A stretch of 64,000 nt of DNA, taken from NCBI GenBank assembly GCA_964016885.1, contig OZ024751.1, forward strand, positions 11,284,001-11,348,000. Reading direction: 5' to 3'. The notes beneath the pieces were generated by a model. It was not told the origin of the DNA. It saw only the letters and a program-made list of their open reading frames with translations, and ran no database searches. Each line of letters begins with the position of its first letter. The stretch's first letter is position 1. Source of the DNA: Eledone cirrhosa. Its lineage: Eukaryota. Below are positions 28,363 to 43,515 of this stretch, piece by piece. The translations under genes and the position numbers were made by a program.

Positions 28363-28457
28363 AGTATATATATATATACGCACACACACACTCACTCACA
28401 CACACATATATATATATATACTTTCAGACGTTCAACCATCTGGCAGGAAGGTATACG

Positions 28458-28494
28458 GTGCTGACGATGGCTAATACGCTTTTAACTAGTACAT
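28458..28494 (+). ncRNA. Degenerate HHR
   Basis: gtg-CTGACGA-tggc(taatac)gctt-TTAAC-ta-GTA-cat; GAAA is mutated but the palindromic ACTAGT stem III remains. Confidence 0.45.
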
Positions 28495-28770
28495 AGTTCC
28501 TGTGTCAGTGTTGAACAAAAAGGGGATGTGGTTACCTAAACACCGTATAGTCTAATTCGGGCTGTTTGTTTGTTTACAAACAAACAAACCGAGAATTATA
28601 ATAAATGTTCGGTAAACCGCTACGTGTATATATATGTGTGTGCATGTATGTATATATATACATACTACTGTACGTATGTATACATATATGTATGTAGGTA
28701 TACATACTTACATTTAAGTAACTGCCGTACTAAGAGTGAGAAATGAAATTTCGTTTCATTCTATTCCATT

Positions 28771-28856
<86 letters not shown>

Positions 28857-28857
28857 A

Positions 28858-28948
<91 letters not shown>

Positions 28949-29155
28949 CACATATATATATATACATATATATATACATATATATATATTTACATATATA
29001 TACATATATATATACATATATATATACACATATATATACATATATATATACATATATATATACACATATATATATATATATATATACATATATATATACA
29101 TATACATATATATATATATACCTATATATATTTATAAACAGATATATACACACAT

Positions 29156-29204
<49 letters not shown>

Positions 29205-29209
<5 letters not shown>

Positions 29210-29525
29210 TAGAAAGTGAGGTGTTTTTTACAAAATGAAAAAATAACCGAGGTGTCCTACACGAGTGAAAGTATAAAGAAAAAAAGATGAAATCGAAAAT
29301 GCAACTGGAGTCTTATTTTTATATATATATATTTATTTGGTTCCTTTACCGGTTTCGCAGTTCTTCTGCTTTTCAAATGATGTAGAGTTGACATGGAGCA
29401 TCTCCATCTCAACTCTACTTTTGAAAAGCAGAAGAACTGCGAAACCGGTAAAGGAACCAAATAAATATATATATTTTTAAAAAAATAAGACTCCAGTTGC
29501 ATTTTCGATTTCATCTTTTTTTCTT

Positions 29526-29529
<4 letters not shown>
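29205..29529. mobile_element. Head-to-head inverted insertion with degenerate HHRs and left-side tail
   Basis: Hairpin 29272-29529; ctt-TTGAAAA-gcag(aagaa)ctgc-GAAAC-cg-GTA-aag at 29418-29453, mirrored on the left arm. Confidence 0.7.
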
Positions 29530-29558
<29 letters not shown>

Positions 29559-29560
29559 AA

Positions 29561-29626
<66 letters not shown>

Positions 29627-29691
29627 TTATATATAGATATATGTATATATATATATATGTATATATAAATATATATATATGTTTGTGTATA

Positions 29692-29824
<133 letters not shown>

Positions 29825-29831
29825 ATATATA

Positions 29832-30116
29832 CAATTGATATTAAATAAATGGAAACTATATATATAAAACCATATTTATTCTATTATATATATTGCAAGG
29901 GTAACTTTGGTACGCTATCATCAGATAAAATACAAATTTGTTTATAAATGTTTGACACGTCCAAGGATGATATACTTTAACGGTTCAAGTTATCCCTTAA
30001 CTATAAATGTAGTTTCCATTTATTTATTATCAATTGAATACTTACTCCAGAAATCTGGCGAGTGCTTTGAAACCTCTATATTTGTTAGATTTCCAATAAA
30101 TTAAATATCTTTTATA
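29832..30116. mobile_element. Head-to-head insertion with HHR-like motif (29881-29930, minus strand) and tail
   Basis: IR caattgatattaaataaatggaaacta / tagtttccatttatttattatcaattg; minus strand tttat-CTGATGA-..-GCAA-tatata-TA-atag. Confidence 0.7.
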
Positions 30117-30117
30117 C

Positions 30118-30227
<110 letters not shown>

Positions 30228-30280
30228 GTGTATATGTATATATATATATATATATATGTGTGTGTATATGTATATATATA

Positions 30281-30314
<34 letters not shown>

Positions 30315-30489
30315 CACACATGAATAACGTACGTACATACATACATAGAAACGAATCTACCTCTACACTGATTGCACCGTTAACAGGAATGAAGTTTCGT
30401 TTCAATATAAATTTCAGACGCCAGTCAAACATACACGCACAGATATACACAGAGCGATACATACTCACACATTCATAAACGCACATACA

Positions 30490-30567
<78 letters not shown>

Positions 30568-30884
30568 TACGGTCGAACGTTTTACCTCTAATTAAATCTT
30601 TTATTCCGACGTACAAATTACTTTTTGATGTTAGAGAAATGTAAAATGTATAACACCCTCAAAACCACCAACAGCGCCGCCCAATTCTCATCGCCATCGT
30701 CATCGTTATTATCATCATTGTCATCATCATCATTGAAGTTCCTCCTACTTTCTCATCCACCATCTTGTCGTCGTCATCATTATCCTCTCCGTCTGCCTTC
30801 CACCTCCTCCTTATCATCATCGTCATCTTCACCAGCACACTCGCTACCTTATTCATCATCATCATCAACATCAAAGAGGCTTAC

Positions 30885-30980
<96 letters not shown>

Positions 30981-31461
30981 TTAATTATATATACATTTAT
31001 AATTACACACACACACACACACGCACACACACATATATATATATATATACATAGATAGAAATGTTTGTGTGTCTGTCTATACAAGTGTATATGTGTGCAT
31101 GTGTGACTGTCCGTGTGTGTGTGTGTGTACGTGTCTAGATGTGCTTGACCACATGTATGTATACGTACGTGCTTTTCACTTCATATTTTCTGTGCTTTAT
31201 CCTTTAATTGTTGTTTTATAAGTTTTTCCCTCCTTTTCATATATATATTATTCAGCCAACTTAGAATGAAAGATGAATGCTTATTTTTACGATATAATAA
31301 TTACACAGATATTCCAGGTTTGCATTCTTATACCAGAATATTCTGCCTTTAAAGCCCTATTAATTACCTAAGATTTTACGTATCCGTCCGTCTTTCATCC
31401 TTTCAAATTCTAACTACAGTTAAAACATCTCACCGTCTATCGTCTTTACGCTTATACACAA

Positions 31462-31633
<172 letters not shown>

Positions 31634-31700
31634 TGATATGAAATTGCCTATGAATGTATACACGTATATATATATAATTAATAAGTAGGAACGAAGTGCC

Positions 31701-31779
<79 letters not shown>

Positions 31780-31943
31780 GAGAGGGGAGGGGTAGGGATA
31801 GTGTGAAATAGATAGATATAGATATGCACCTATATATATATACACATGTATATATATACACATATATATATATGTATATATGTATAGGTTTAAATCTATA
31901 CCTTTATACATGCACACATACACTTCGATATATATATATATAT

Positions 31944-32072
<129 letters not shown>

Positions 32073-32394
32073 CAATTCACTTTACCACTTAATCTTTTTA
32101 TCTCTTTACGTCATCCTTTCATTCTGTCATAATTTTTTTATTATTATCTAACCATCTTCCTTTCTTTGCATTTATTGCCGCCATTCTTTTCTCTACGCCT
32201 ATTTCAGCATGGTGTTCTTGCTGTTGTTATTGTTGCTGTCTCTTAGCAAATATCTATGTCCTATGTCCATTATAACTTCATTCAATGCATAACAAATCTA
32301 CATTTACATCGTTCTACACAGTCAACGACTCACACAATCGCACATCTACACATATAGAAACATACGTATATATATATATATATATATATATATA

Positions 32395-32620
32395 ACAAAG
32401 GAGATTTGGTAAGGAACCAGATGAACCATAACGCACCAGAGTACTCAATACTTAGGGTAGTAGAGTGGGAAATAGGAAAAAGTATGATCCCGACGGCAGA
32501 ACTCAAGCCGTTCCCACGGCTGTTTTGACAGAAATAGCCGTGAAAATTCTGGACAGAAATAGCCGTCAAAGTAGCCGTCTAAACGGCTTGAGCACTGCCG
32601 TCGGGCTGCTACTTTTTCTT
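32395..32620. mobile_element. Inverted-repeat insertion of the 47268 family
   Basis: gaaaaagtatgatcccgacggcag..ctcaagccgtt / aacggcttgag..ctgccgtcggg; tail on the left. A tail-only copy lies at 36637-36740. Confidence 0.7.
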
Positions 32621-32627
32621 ATATATG

Positions 32628-32658
<31 letters not shown>

Positions 32659-32924
32659 GTTGATAGATATATAGATACATATATATATATATATATATAT
32701 ATATGTCTATTTGTATATATATATATATATTATATATATATATGTATATATATATTTATATATGTATATATGAGATTGTGCTTGAATGAGATAACTGGTA
32801 TATGTTCTGGTGTCACTGTGTGTAGGATAAACTTCTTTAAACTTACCACCAAAGACATTTGATCGTAAGAGCTATATACCAATAGTTAATATAAACATCT
32901 ATTGTTCGGTTGTATTAATTACTA

Positions 32925-33274
32925 GGTATCGGTAGAGGGTCGGACGCCATGCTTTGCGGCACAGTTACGTCCCTTTACGGACTGAGTTCAAATCCCGCCG
33001 AGGTTAACTTTGCCTTTCACACTTACGGGGTCGATAAAATAAAGTACCAGTAATGTACTGGTTAATTGCTGGCCTTGTGCCTAAAATAGAAACAATTAAT
33101 TACTAGGTATCAGTAGAGGGTTGGAGGCCATGCATAGTTACGTCCCTTTACGGTCTGAGTTCAAATTCCGTTGGGGTTAACTTTGCCTTTCATCCTTACG
33201 GGGTCGATAAAATAAAAAGTACCAGTAATGTACTGGATATTTGCTGGCCTTGTGCCAAAAAGTAGAAGCAATTA
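32925..33274 (+). mobile_element. Two tandem tRNA-derived SINEs
   Basis: Same family as 6442; attaattactag recurs at all three junctions. Confidence 0.9.
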
Positions 33275-33589
33275 ATTACTAGAGACAGGGAAAGACAGGC
33301 AGTGTGATATCACCATTCTTAAGAAATATCTTTTGAAATCTTATCTTATTTTAATGAAAAGTGCTGAGTGACATTACTCTAAGTGTGTGCGTGCGTATGT
33401 GTATATATGTATGTGTGACTATGTTTGTGTGTGTGTATGTGTGAGTATATGTCCATGCCTGTCTATCACTCTTTCTCATTATATATATGTGTGTGTATTT
33501 GTGTGTGTGTGTGAGTGTATACTTGCACATAATATAACGTAGGTACACATACGGACTTATATAGTTAAACCTAAACATGCGCACATGCA

Positions 33590-33624
<35 letters not shown>

Positions 33625-34200
33625 GTATGTATATAAACACGTATATATATATATATATAAATATATACGTATATGTATATATAAATACCTACATATTACA
33701 TACCTACATGCATACATAGATAAATACATATTCATTTCTTTGTCTTAACCTGCATATAATCATACTCGTATAAAACACGGAAATAATTTAGATTTAATAT
33801 ACATAACAATAAAATCTAAATTTGCGAGCCGAAACAACACTGTTTATCATTTGGTTATTTCTAAAACAGCTCAACATTTAGGGTATATTATCAAATTTAC
33901 TAAGAGATGATTAACTTACTTTAGATATAGAGTAAAGACAAATGACTATGTCATATGAAACTGGATATGCTTACCTAACCTAATCTAATAAAAATATAAT
34001 CAAATTTTTATCCTAGCTACAATAATTCCATATTTTCTTACGATTCTTGTAAACATTAATCTGTAGTGCATCTCCAGTCGTTAATGAAAATATGTAGTTG
34101 TATTACTATTACTAAAACATAAGTTTTTAATCATATACACACACATATATATACATATATGGTGTGAGTGTGCGTATATATATATATGTGTGTGTGTATG

Positions 34201-34249
<49 letters not shown>

Positions 34250-34552
34250 ATATATATATATATATGTATGTATATATATATATGTATATATATATGTATA
34301 TAAATATGTATATATGTATATATGTATATATATATATATACGTATATGTATATATGTATATATATATATATATTTATGCATATATATGTATATATGTATG
34401 TATATACATATATGTATGTATATATATATGTATATATGTATATATATATATGTATATATGTATATATATATATATGTATGTATATATGTATATATATATA
34501 TATATGTGTGTCTATATATATTTATATATGTATATATATTTATATATGTATA

Positions 34553-34625
<73 letters not shown>

Positions 34626-34708
34626 ATATATCTATATATATATATGTGTGTCTATATATATTTATATTTGTATATATATGTATATACATATATATATATA
34701 TATATGTT

Positions 34709-34797
<89 letters not shown>

Positions 34798-35399
34798 ATA
34801 ACTGGGAAAAATGAACACATGCATTTATATATCGATCAACGCTATAAAATCTCGGTAAATTGTTTCAAAGCAATCTCACCATAAATCGCAATTTACGGGC
34901 TATAACCAACTATGACCGTATTTCCTATTGTAATATAAACCAATTATACAAGTAATTACGCACAAAACGTGTAAGCCTACATAGTTTGATTCTAAAATGT
35001 TTAAGATCCTTACAAATTTACTAATCCTGGTCCAGAATATTTTCGGCACTAATCTTTAATAAGAAAACATTTGTAACGATTCTTTAATATAAGCTGAATA
35101 TTTGTATTTCTTTGCCATATATGTACATATTCATACATACATGCATACTTATATACATACATACATACATACACACATACATACTTGCATACATACATAC
35201 ATACATGCATACATACATACATGCATACATGCATACTTACATACATGCATACATACATACATGCATACATACTTGCATACATGCATACATACATGCATAC
35301 ATGCATGCATACATGCATGCATACATGCATACATGCATACATATATGCATACATACATACATGCATGCATACATGCATACATGCATACATACATACATA

Positions 35400-36040
35400 C
35401 ATGGTAGCTGCCAACTCGTTTTCGAGTGCGGTCACTACTTTATATCCATGTAGGAGAACGCCTACCGATGCGCTGACGAGTGTGACTTTTTAGTCCTGCT
35501 AGCGACTTGAAAACTCTGGTACAAACACTACACTTGTGACAATTATTGACACATATTGCTGGGCCCATGGTAACAAGTGCAGAGAGATCTCCAGATATAA
35601 AGCAATGCCTGTGCCGTGAAGCTTTTATAGAGAGCAAAGACACTGCACAAAGCCAGTCCCACTCTCTTAACCAAGATGATATTTACCATACATACATACA
35701 TACATACATATATGATGGCATCAACTCGATTTCGAGTAATGCCATTGCTTAAAACCTACGCATGAGAATGACGAACGTGGTTTTTTAGATTTGCTAGGGG
35801 CTTGCCTATGGCCAGTAATAACATGCATCGTAAAAAAATGTCTCATATCAAGCGATGATTGTGTTTGAGGCTTTTTTAAGTGAGGAAAAGCTTTGCATGG
35901 AGCCAATCCAACTCTCTAAACATTTGCCCCAAAAGAAGAACTGATCTACATCATTGGATTAAAACGAAGTCGCAGGTTTCATATCAGAGAGACCTTCTCC
36001 TAGAAAGATGTCTTAATGAAGACGAGGAGACTCTCGTTCC
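35400..36040 (-). mobile_element. RTE-like non-autonomous element fragments with (TATG)n tails
   Basis: The minus strand encodes CSVCTRVFKSLAGLKSH, a C2H2-like motif as at RTE ORF ends; homologous to 41660-42240. Confidence 0.7.
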
Positions 36041-36045
36041 ACAAA

Positions 36046-36639
<594 letters not shown>

Positions 36640-36752
36640 CAAAGAGGGTTTCGTAAAATACCAAGTGGGCCATAACGCACCAGAGTACTCAATACTTAAG
36701 GTAGTAGAGTGGGTAATACGAAAAGAGTCAGGACCTCGATACATATATATAT

Positions 36753-36841
<89 letters not shown>

Positions 36842-36882
36842 CACATGTATATATATATATATATATACATATATATATACAC

Positions 36883-36931
<49 letters not shown>

Positions 36932-37010
36932 TATATATACATATATACACACATATATATACATATATATATACATATATATACACATATATACACATAT
37001 ATATATATAA

Positions 37011-37061
<51 letters not shown>

Positions 37062-37295
37062 CACATATATATATATATACACATATATATACATATATAT
37101 ATATACACATATATATACATATGTATATATACACATATATGTACAAATATATATATATACACACATATATATACAAATATATATATACACATATATATAT
37201 ACATATACATGGATGGACCTGTTATTTTTATCTAAAGACATTTTTTTCCAATCAAAACCCACCCATCTCTTCAATCTATCTTATTTCTCATACAT

Positions 37296-37331
37296 TCTTC
37301 TGATGAAAGACTAGCGTCAGAAACGTCAAGA
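37296..37331 (+). ncRNA. Minimal type I HHR
   Basis: tctt-CTGATGA-aa-gac(tagc)gtc-a-GAAAC-GTC^aaga; palindromic ACGT stem III. Confidence 0.75.
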
Positions 37332-37938
37332 CCCTCTGCCTGCTATATCAACCGTTAACCTAATATATTCCTTCCATATACTGTACCGATTGTGATGTTA
37401 TTTCTGTTTGAATACTTGCATAGCTTTCGGCCAGTAGCGGCCCAGATCATGCTTAAATTAAGAGCACAATCTGGATTGTTTCATAAAACTAATTCTTAAT
37501 TTCTTAAAATTATCCCCCATCCTGTTCAAAATGTGGTGACAATGGGTGCATGGTTTTTGTTTACTTTCTCGAACTATGAAAGGAATTGAGAACTTTTTGC
37601 GTCCGGCATTCTGTATGTGATTCTTTAACCTAAATATCTAGATTCATACCATTGGCGTACTTGAGTTATTTTCCTCAAGGCTGTTGCCATTATCTTTCTT
37701 CCAATCTAGAGTATACCAATATGCCTCTAGAACTGTTCAGATGGTGTCATGTCGTTTTGAGTTGTAATATGTATGTCAAGTGTGTATCTATGTATATATG
37801 TATGTATATATGTATGTATATATGTATTTATGCATACAATAATGTATATGTGTGTGTATGCATCTAAATTTCAAGGGTCTGCACACAATATGTGAGAAAT
37901 ATTTATGTAAATATACAGCTGCTAGTAACTCTCTCTTT

Positions 37939-37995
<57 letters not shown>

Positions 37996-38062
37996 AGTGT
38001 GTGTGTGTGTGTGTGTGTGTATTGTATATGTGTGTGACCATGTTTATAGATGTTAGGCACGA

Positions 38063-38102
<40 letters not shown>

Positions 38103-38281
38103 GTGCCATACATCTATACATAAATATATGTGTATAGGCTCTAATTTAATGTATATGACCGTGTAGTATGGGTATGTGTATATGTGTATATAATGTCATG
38201 TGTGCTTGTATCAATACAAGCGGGGCCGTTTACGAACACATGAATACATGAATATGCTTTATGTGTATGCAAGAGTGTTCT

Positions 38282-38323
<42 letters not shown>

Positions 38324-38682
38324 CGTGAGTGGTTGTGTGTTAATAGCTGGGTAGCTTCGGGGTATTTGCCAGTGAGTTAATATATCAGTTCGTTACTCCC
38401 ATAATTCCATTGTTCACAGTGTCATTGTTACAGTAACAAGATGGCGGTCAGGTGTTTCGCTTCATCACATCGCCTGCAGCTACAACAATGGCCAACATTT
38501 ACAGCCAACACCTCTCAACATCAATTTGATTCACTAGACGGGAGTCAATCATTTATTATCCTTATAGTGCCCAATGCTTATGAGTCTAATCACATACATG
38601 CATACATACATACGTATATACATACTTACATGCATACATACATACATATATACATACATACATATATACATACATACATACA

Positions 38683-38713
<31 letters not shown>

Positions 38714-38730
38714 TTATACACGTAAATGGA

Positions 38731-39059
38731 TAATTGTTTCTACTTTTGGCACAAGGCCAGCAATTATCCCAGTGTATTACAGGTACTTTATTTTATCGAT
38801 CCCGTAAGGATGATAGGCAAATTTAACCTCGGCGGGATTTGAACTCAGATCATAAAAGGCCGTAACTCTTTGCTGCAAAGCATGGCGTCCGGCCCTCTAC
38901 CGAAACTGCCAATCCACATAATACATACGTACTTGCATACATCCATATTATATATCCTGCCGAGGTTAACTTTGCCTTTCATCCTTACGGGGTCGATAAA
39001 TAAAGTACCAGTAATGCACTGGGATACTAGCTGGCCTGGTGGCAAAAGTAGAAACAATT
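38731..39059. mobile_element. Two SINE copies in opposite orientation (38731-38915 minus; 38955-39059 plus, partial)
   Basis: Same family as 6442. Confidence 0.85.
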
Positions 39060-39070
39060 ATATTCTTACT

Positions 39071-39121
<51 letters not shown>

Positions 39122-39184
39122 ATATATATTATATAAATTATATATGTCATTATATATATATATATATATATATATTCATATATA

Positions 39185-39224
<40 letters not shown>

Positions 39225-39344
39225 TATAGACATAGAATATTCGAAAATATTCTGTATGTTTATAATAAACATTTTGAAGACCTAATCGCTATAGAATAGA
39301 ATACGTCACGTATTACAATTAGATTCTCGATAAAAGCAAGGGAA

Positions 39345-39387
39345 GTAATCTACGCGTTTCATTCTCGTTAGAAATCATCAGGACTAC
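39345..39387 (-). ncRNA. Type I HHR (inverted copy)
   Basis: Reverse complement of 39627-39669. Confidence 0.88.
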
Positions 39388-39626
39388 ATATCCAGTGCTT
39401 TTATCGAGAATGACACAGCTAGAGACTTATAGAATACTTAGCTGTGTACAGGAACTGGTTTGAAAGAGCGGTTGCCGGTCCGGCAGAAATTAGAAATTGG
39501 AATAAATGCTCTGAAATAGCGATATATATGTGAATATAGACATAGAATATTCGAAAATATTCTGTATGTTTATAATAAACATTTTGAAGACCTAATCGCT
39601 ATAGAATAGATAAAAGCACTGGATAT

Positions 39627-39669
39627 GTAGTCCTGATGATTTCTAACGAGAATGAAACGCGTAGATTAC
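39627..39669 (+). ncRNA. Type I HHR
   Basis: gtagtc-CTGATGA-t-ttct(aacg)agaa-t-GAAAC-gc-GTA^gattac; predicted cleavage after 39663. Confidence 0.88.
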
Positions 39670-39936
39670 TTCCCTTGCTTTTATCGAGAATCTAATTGTA
39701 ATACGTGACGTATTCTATTCTATAGCGATTAGGTCTTCAAAATGTTTATTATAAACATACAGAATATTTTCGAATATTCTATGTCTATATTCACATATAT
39801 ATCGCTATTTCAGAGCATTTATTCCAATTTCTAATTTCTGCCGGACCGGCAACCGCTCTTTCAAACCAGTTCCTGTACACAGCTAAGTATTCTATAAGTC
39901 TCTAGCTGTGTCATTCTCGATAAAAGCACTGGATAT

Positions 39937-39979
39937 GTAGTCCTGATGATTTCTAACGAGAATGAAACGCGTAGATTAC
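39937..39979 (+). ncRNA. Type I HHR
   Basis: Identical to 39627; stem I is extended by ttctcgataaaagca / tgcttttatcgagaa. Confidence 0.88.
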
Positions 39980-40246
39980 TTCCCTTGCTTTTATCGAGAA
40001 TCTAATTGTAATACGTGACGTATTCTATTCTATAGCGATTAGGTCTTCAAAATGTTTATTATAAACATACAGAATATTTTCGAATATTCTATGTCTATAT
40101 TCACATATATATCGCTATTTCAGAGCATTTATTCCAATTTCTAATTTCTGCCGGACCGGCAACCGCTCTTTCAAACCAGTTCCTGTACACAGCTAAGTAT
40201 TCTATAAGTCTCTAGCTGTGTCATTCTCGATAAAAGCACTGGATAT

Positions 40247-40289
40247 GTAGTCCTGATGATTTCTAACGAGAATGAAACGCGTAGATTAC
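40247..40289 (+). ncRNA. Type I HHR
   Basis: Identical to 39627. Confidence 0.88.
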
Positions 40290-40446
40290 TTCCCTTGCTT
40301 TTATCGAGAATCTAATTGTAATACGTGACGTATTCTATTCTATAGCGATTAGGTCTTCAAAATGTTTATTATAAACATACAGAATATTTTCGAATATTCT
40401 ATGTCTATATTCACATATATATCGCTATTTCAGAGCATTTATTCCA

Positions 40447-40489
<43 letters not shown>

Positions 40490-40589
40490 TGATAATAATA
40501 AATTTGAAGACTAAAATCCAAAGAGGGCTCGATAAGGATAAATATATATCAAATATATAAGAACTTTAATCTGCTATTTTAATAAATAA

Positions 40590-40620
<31 letters not shown>

Positions 40621-40634
40621 ATATATATATATAT

Positions 40635-40718
<84 letters not shown>

Positions 40719-40831
40719 AGACAGTAAACAAAAAACAAAATAACAACGTGGAAGCGAAGAGGCAGTACAAAATGTTAATGTTAATATATATATATATACA
40801 GCAGGAGCTCAGCCGTCAGGGTCCTGCCTTA

Positions 40832-40884
<53 letters not shown>

Positions 40885-40887
<3 letters not shown>

Positions 40888-41301
40888 AGTAAATATATGT
40901 AGAAGTTATATTTAATTTGTTGGGATACAACAAGCAAATATTTTTATAACTGATATAAAGCACTCAACAACTTTTGGGAGTAAAAATACAATATATTAAC
41001 AAATGGAAACTATATTTATAAAACCATAATTATTTCATTATACATATTTCAAGGACACCAGAGCAAATTATGGTGCGCTTTCATCAGATAAAATATAATA
41101 TAGATCAGGTGTATAAACATCCGTGAGCTTCAAACCGACATGGTCGCATTCTTTAAGGGTATGTCAATATTTGTTTATAAAACAGATATATTTTATATAT
41201 TATCTGATGAAAGCGCACCATAATTTTCTTTGGTATCCTTGAAATATGTATAATGAAATAAATATGGTGTTATAAATATAGTTTCCATTTGTTAATATAT
41301 T
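40885..41301. mobile_element. Head-to-head insertion with two HHR-like motifs (41036-41092 minus, 41198-41255 plus) and left tail
   Basis: IR 40990-41100/41190-41301; tat-CTGATGA-aag..acca..tggt..ctt-GAAA-tatg-TA; same family as 10345 and 29832. Confidence 0.75.
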
Positions 41302-41659
41302 ATATATATAAATATATGTATATATATGTGTGCGTGCGTGTGTGTGTGTGCAAGTGAATTGATGGCATATCTTTGCTGCCACCCCGCCAACAGAAATAGC
41401 AATCACCATCTAACGTCCTTAATAGACGAATTATATATCAAATAATTCCCCTATAGATACAGTATATCTTATTTAGTGTGGACAGTTGATGGACGGAAAG
41501 GCTTTGATTGCATGTCTGGTCGGTTTAACAATTTAACTGGGTTTAAATAACTAAAGTATACACACGCATACACTGACCCGTATATATATAATAAATATAT
41601 ATATTTATTTATTTATATACATACATATATATATACACATATATATATATACACATATA

Positions 41660-42240
41660 TATGGTCGCTGTCAACTCGTCTTCGAGTACAGCTACTACTT
41701 TATATCCAGGTAGGAGAACCCCTACCGATGCGCTGACGAGTGGGACTTTTTAGTCCAGCCAGCGACTTGAAACTCTGGTACAAACACTACACTTGTGACA
41801 ATTACTGACACATAGTGCTGCGCCCATGGTACCATGTGATGACAAGTGCAGAGAGATCTCCAGATACAAAGCAATGCCTGTGCCATGAAGCTTTTATAGT
41901 GAGCAAAAGCACTGCACAAAGCCAGTCCAACTCTCTTAACCAAGATGATATTCACCAAAAAGAACAAGTCAATATCTTTGGATACCATCAGGGTTGCAGG
42001 TGTTATATCAGAGTTTTCCTTCTCCTAGAATTCTGCCTTGACAAAGGCTAAGGGGTCATCTCTCCCGGTGATTTTGGATGGCCATTGACTCTTAAGAGCT
42101 CCTTTGCCCTTTGACAGGTTTTGTTTTTAGTCCTGCAGAATGTCCAAAGTCATCCTCCTCACCAAGAAACCTTGGTAGGGTTGCCAGTTTAATCGCTGGG
42201 ATACATGTAATGGGATACATGTTACTAGTAGCACCAACAT
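41660..42240 (-). mobile_element. Bipartite non-autonomous RTE-like element (~580 bp)
   Basis: The 5' part has ctaggagaaggaaaactctga, an RTE 5'UTR-like motif recalled from memory; the 3' part has the C2H2-like remnant and a TA-rich tail. Confidence 0.7.
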
Positions 42241-42282
42241 ACCTATATATGTATATATATATACATACCTATACATATATAT

Positions 42283-42433
42283 ATGGTGACTGCCAACTCG
42301 TTTTCGAATACGGTCACTACTTTATATCCATGTAGGAGAACTCCTACCGATGCGCTGAACGAGTGTGACTTTTTAGTCCAGCCAGGTTGTACTGGGATAC
42401 ATGTTACCAGTAGCACCAACTGGTGACCTGACA
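42283..42433 (-). mobile_element. 150-bp internally deleted version of the RTE-like element
   Basis: 5' start ggtgctactggtaacatgtatcccagtacaacc is fused directly to 3' end tggctggactaaaaagtcacactcg. Confidence 0.7.
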
Positions 42434-42436
42434 TAG

Positions 42437-42470
<34 letters not shown>

Positions 42471-42474
<4 letters not shown>

Positions 42475-42876
42475 AAAGAATAGAGGTGTAACACACAAGT
42501 TATTATATATTGGTAAACGGAATAGAAAATGCTGACAAATTGTTCACAGTTGAAAAATGGTTTAATTAGGAATAAAAGAGTATTAGTGATTGTATGGGTC
42601 AGTATTCAGTTGTGGTTTTAAGTTTTTAAGTTTTCACCGGTTGCGCATTTCTAAATGCTTTTCAAAAATAATTTTGAGATAGAGTGTCCGTGTTGTTTGC
42701 TCTGATCTGATTAGTTTTGGGAATTCTACTTGTTTTTATGTTAAAAAAGTGGCTCCAGCGCTACTTGGTGTTTGCAAAAATTCTTGTGGTCAAAACAATT
42801 TTGATTGGTCGGTAGAGGTCATGTGAATAAAAAATTGGTTTTGCGCCAAGATTGAGAAATGACTCTTTCACAACAA

Positions 42877-42910
<34 letters not shown>

Positions 42911-43016
42911 TAGTAGTAAGGTGTTCGATGTTGTGATAATGGTTAGCAGGGATGTGTGTCAAATGGCTATTAAGATAAGTGTGTGTGTGTGTGTGTGTGT
43001 GTGGGTGTGTGTGTGT

Positions 43017-43094
<78 letters not shown>

Positions 43095-43515
43095 CAGAGT
43101 AATTCGTGGTAGCAGGGATGGTCAGTAAGAATGTGTCTGAAAGCCACTTTATTAACATAAAAACAGTCTTGGCGCAAAATCAATTTTTTACATTCACATG
43201 ACCTCTACCGACCAATCAAAATTGTTTTGACCACAAGAATTTTTGCAAACACCAAGTAGCGCTGGAGCCACTTTTTTAACATAAAAACAGGTAGAATTCC
43301 CAAAACTAATCAGATCAGAGCAAACAACACGGACACTCTATCTCAAAATTATTTTTGAAAAGCATTTAGAAATGCGCAACCGGTGAAAACTTAAGAACTT
43401 AAAACCACAACTGAATACTAACCCATACAATCACTAATACTCTTTTATTCCTAATTAAACCATTTTTCAACTGTGAACAATTTGTCAGCATTTTCTATTC
43501 CGTTTACCAATATAT
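42471..43515. mobile_element. ~345-bp inverted repeat pair, probable decayed Penelope-like 3' ends (GIY-YIG-like remnant)
   Basis: 42505-42851 is the near-perfect reverse complement of 43168-43515; the frame from 43189 reads YIHMTS...SSAG...LKII...KNLKPQLN with stops. Confidence 0.6.

Larger units (their letters stand above)
39220..40450. mobile_element. Non-LTR retrozyme / Penelope pLTR-like array: ~2.7 x 310-bp units (plus) preceded by ~1.25 inverted units (minus)
   Basis: taaaagcact recurs at 39611, 39921 and 40231; 39221-39608 is the reverse complement of the unit; each unit carries one HHR; (TA)n on both sides. Confidence 0.9.

Noticed and set aside
35460-35525. CTGACGA...GAAAC..GTA HHR-like string, also at ~41732
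   Set aside because: Stem I does not pair, and it is the antisense of the RTE-like zinc-finger remnant.
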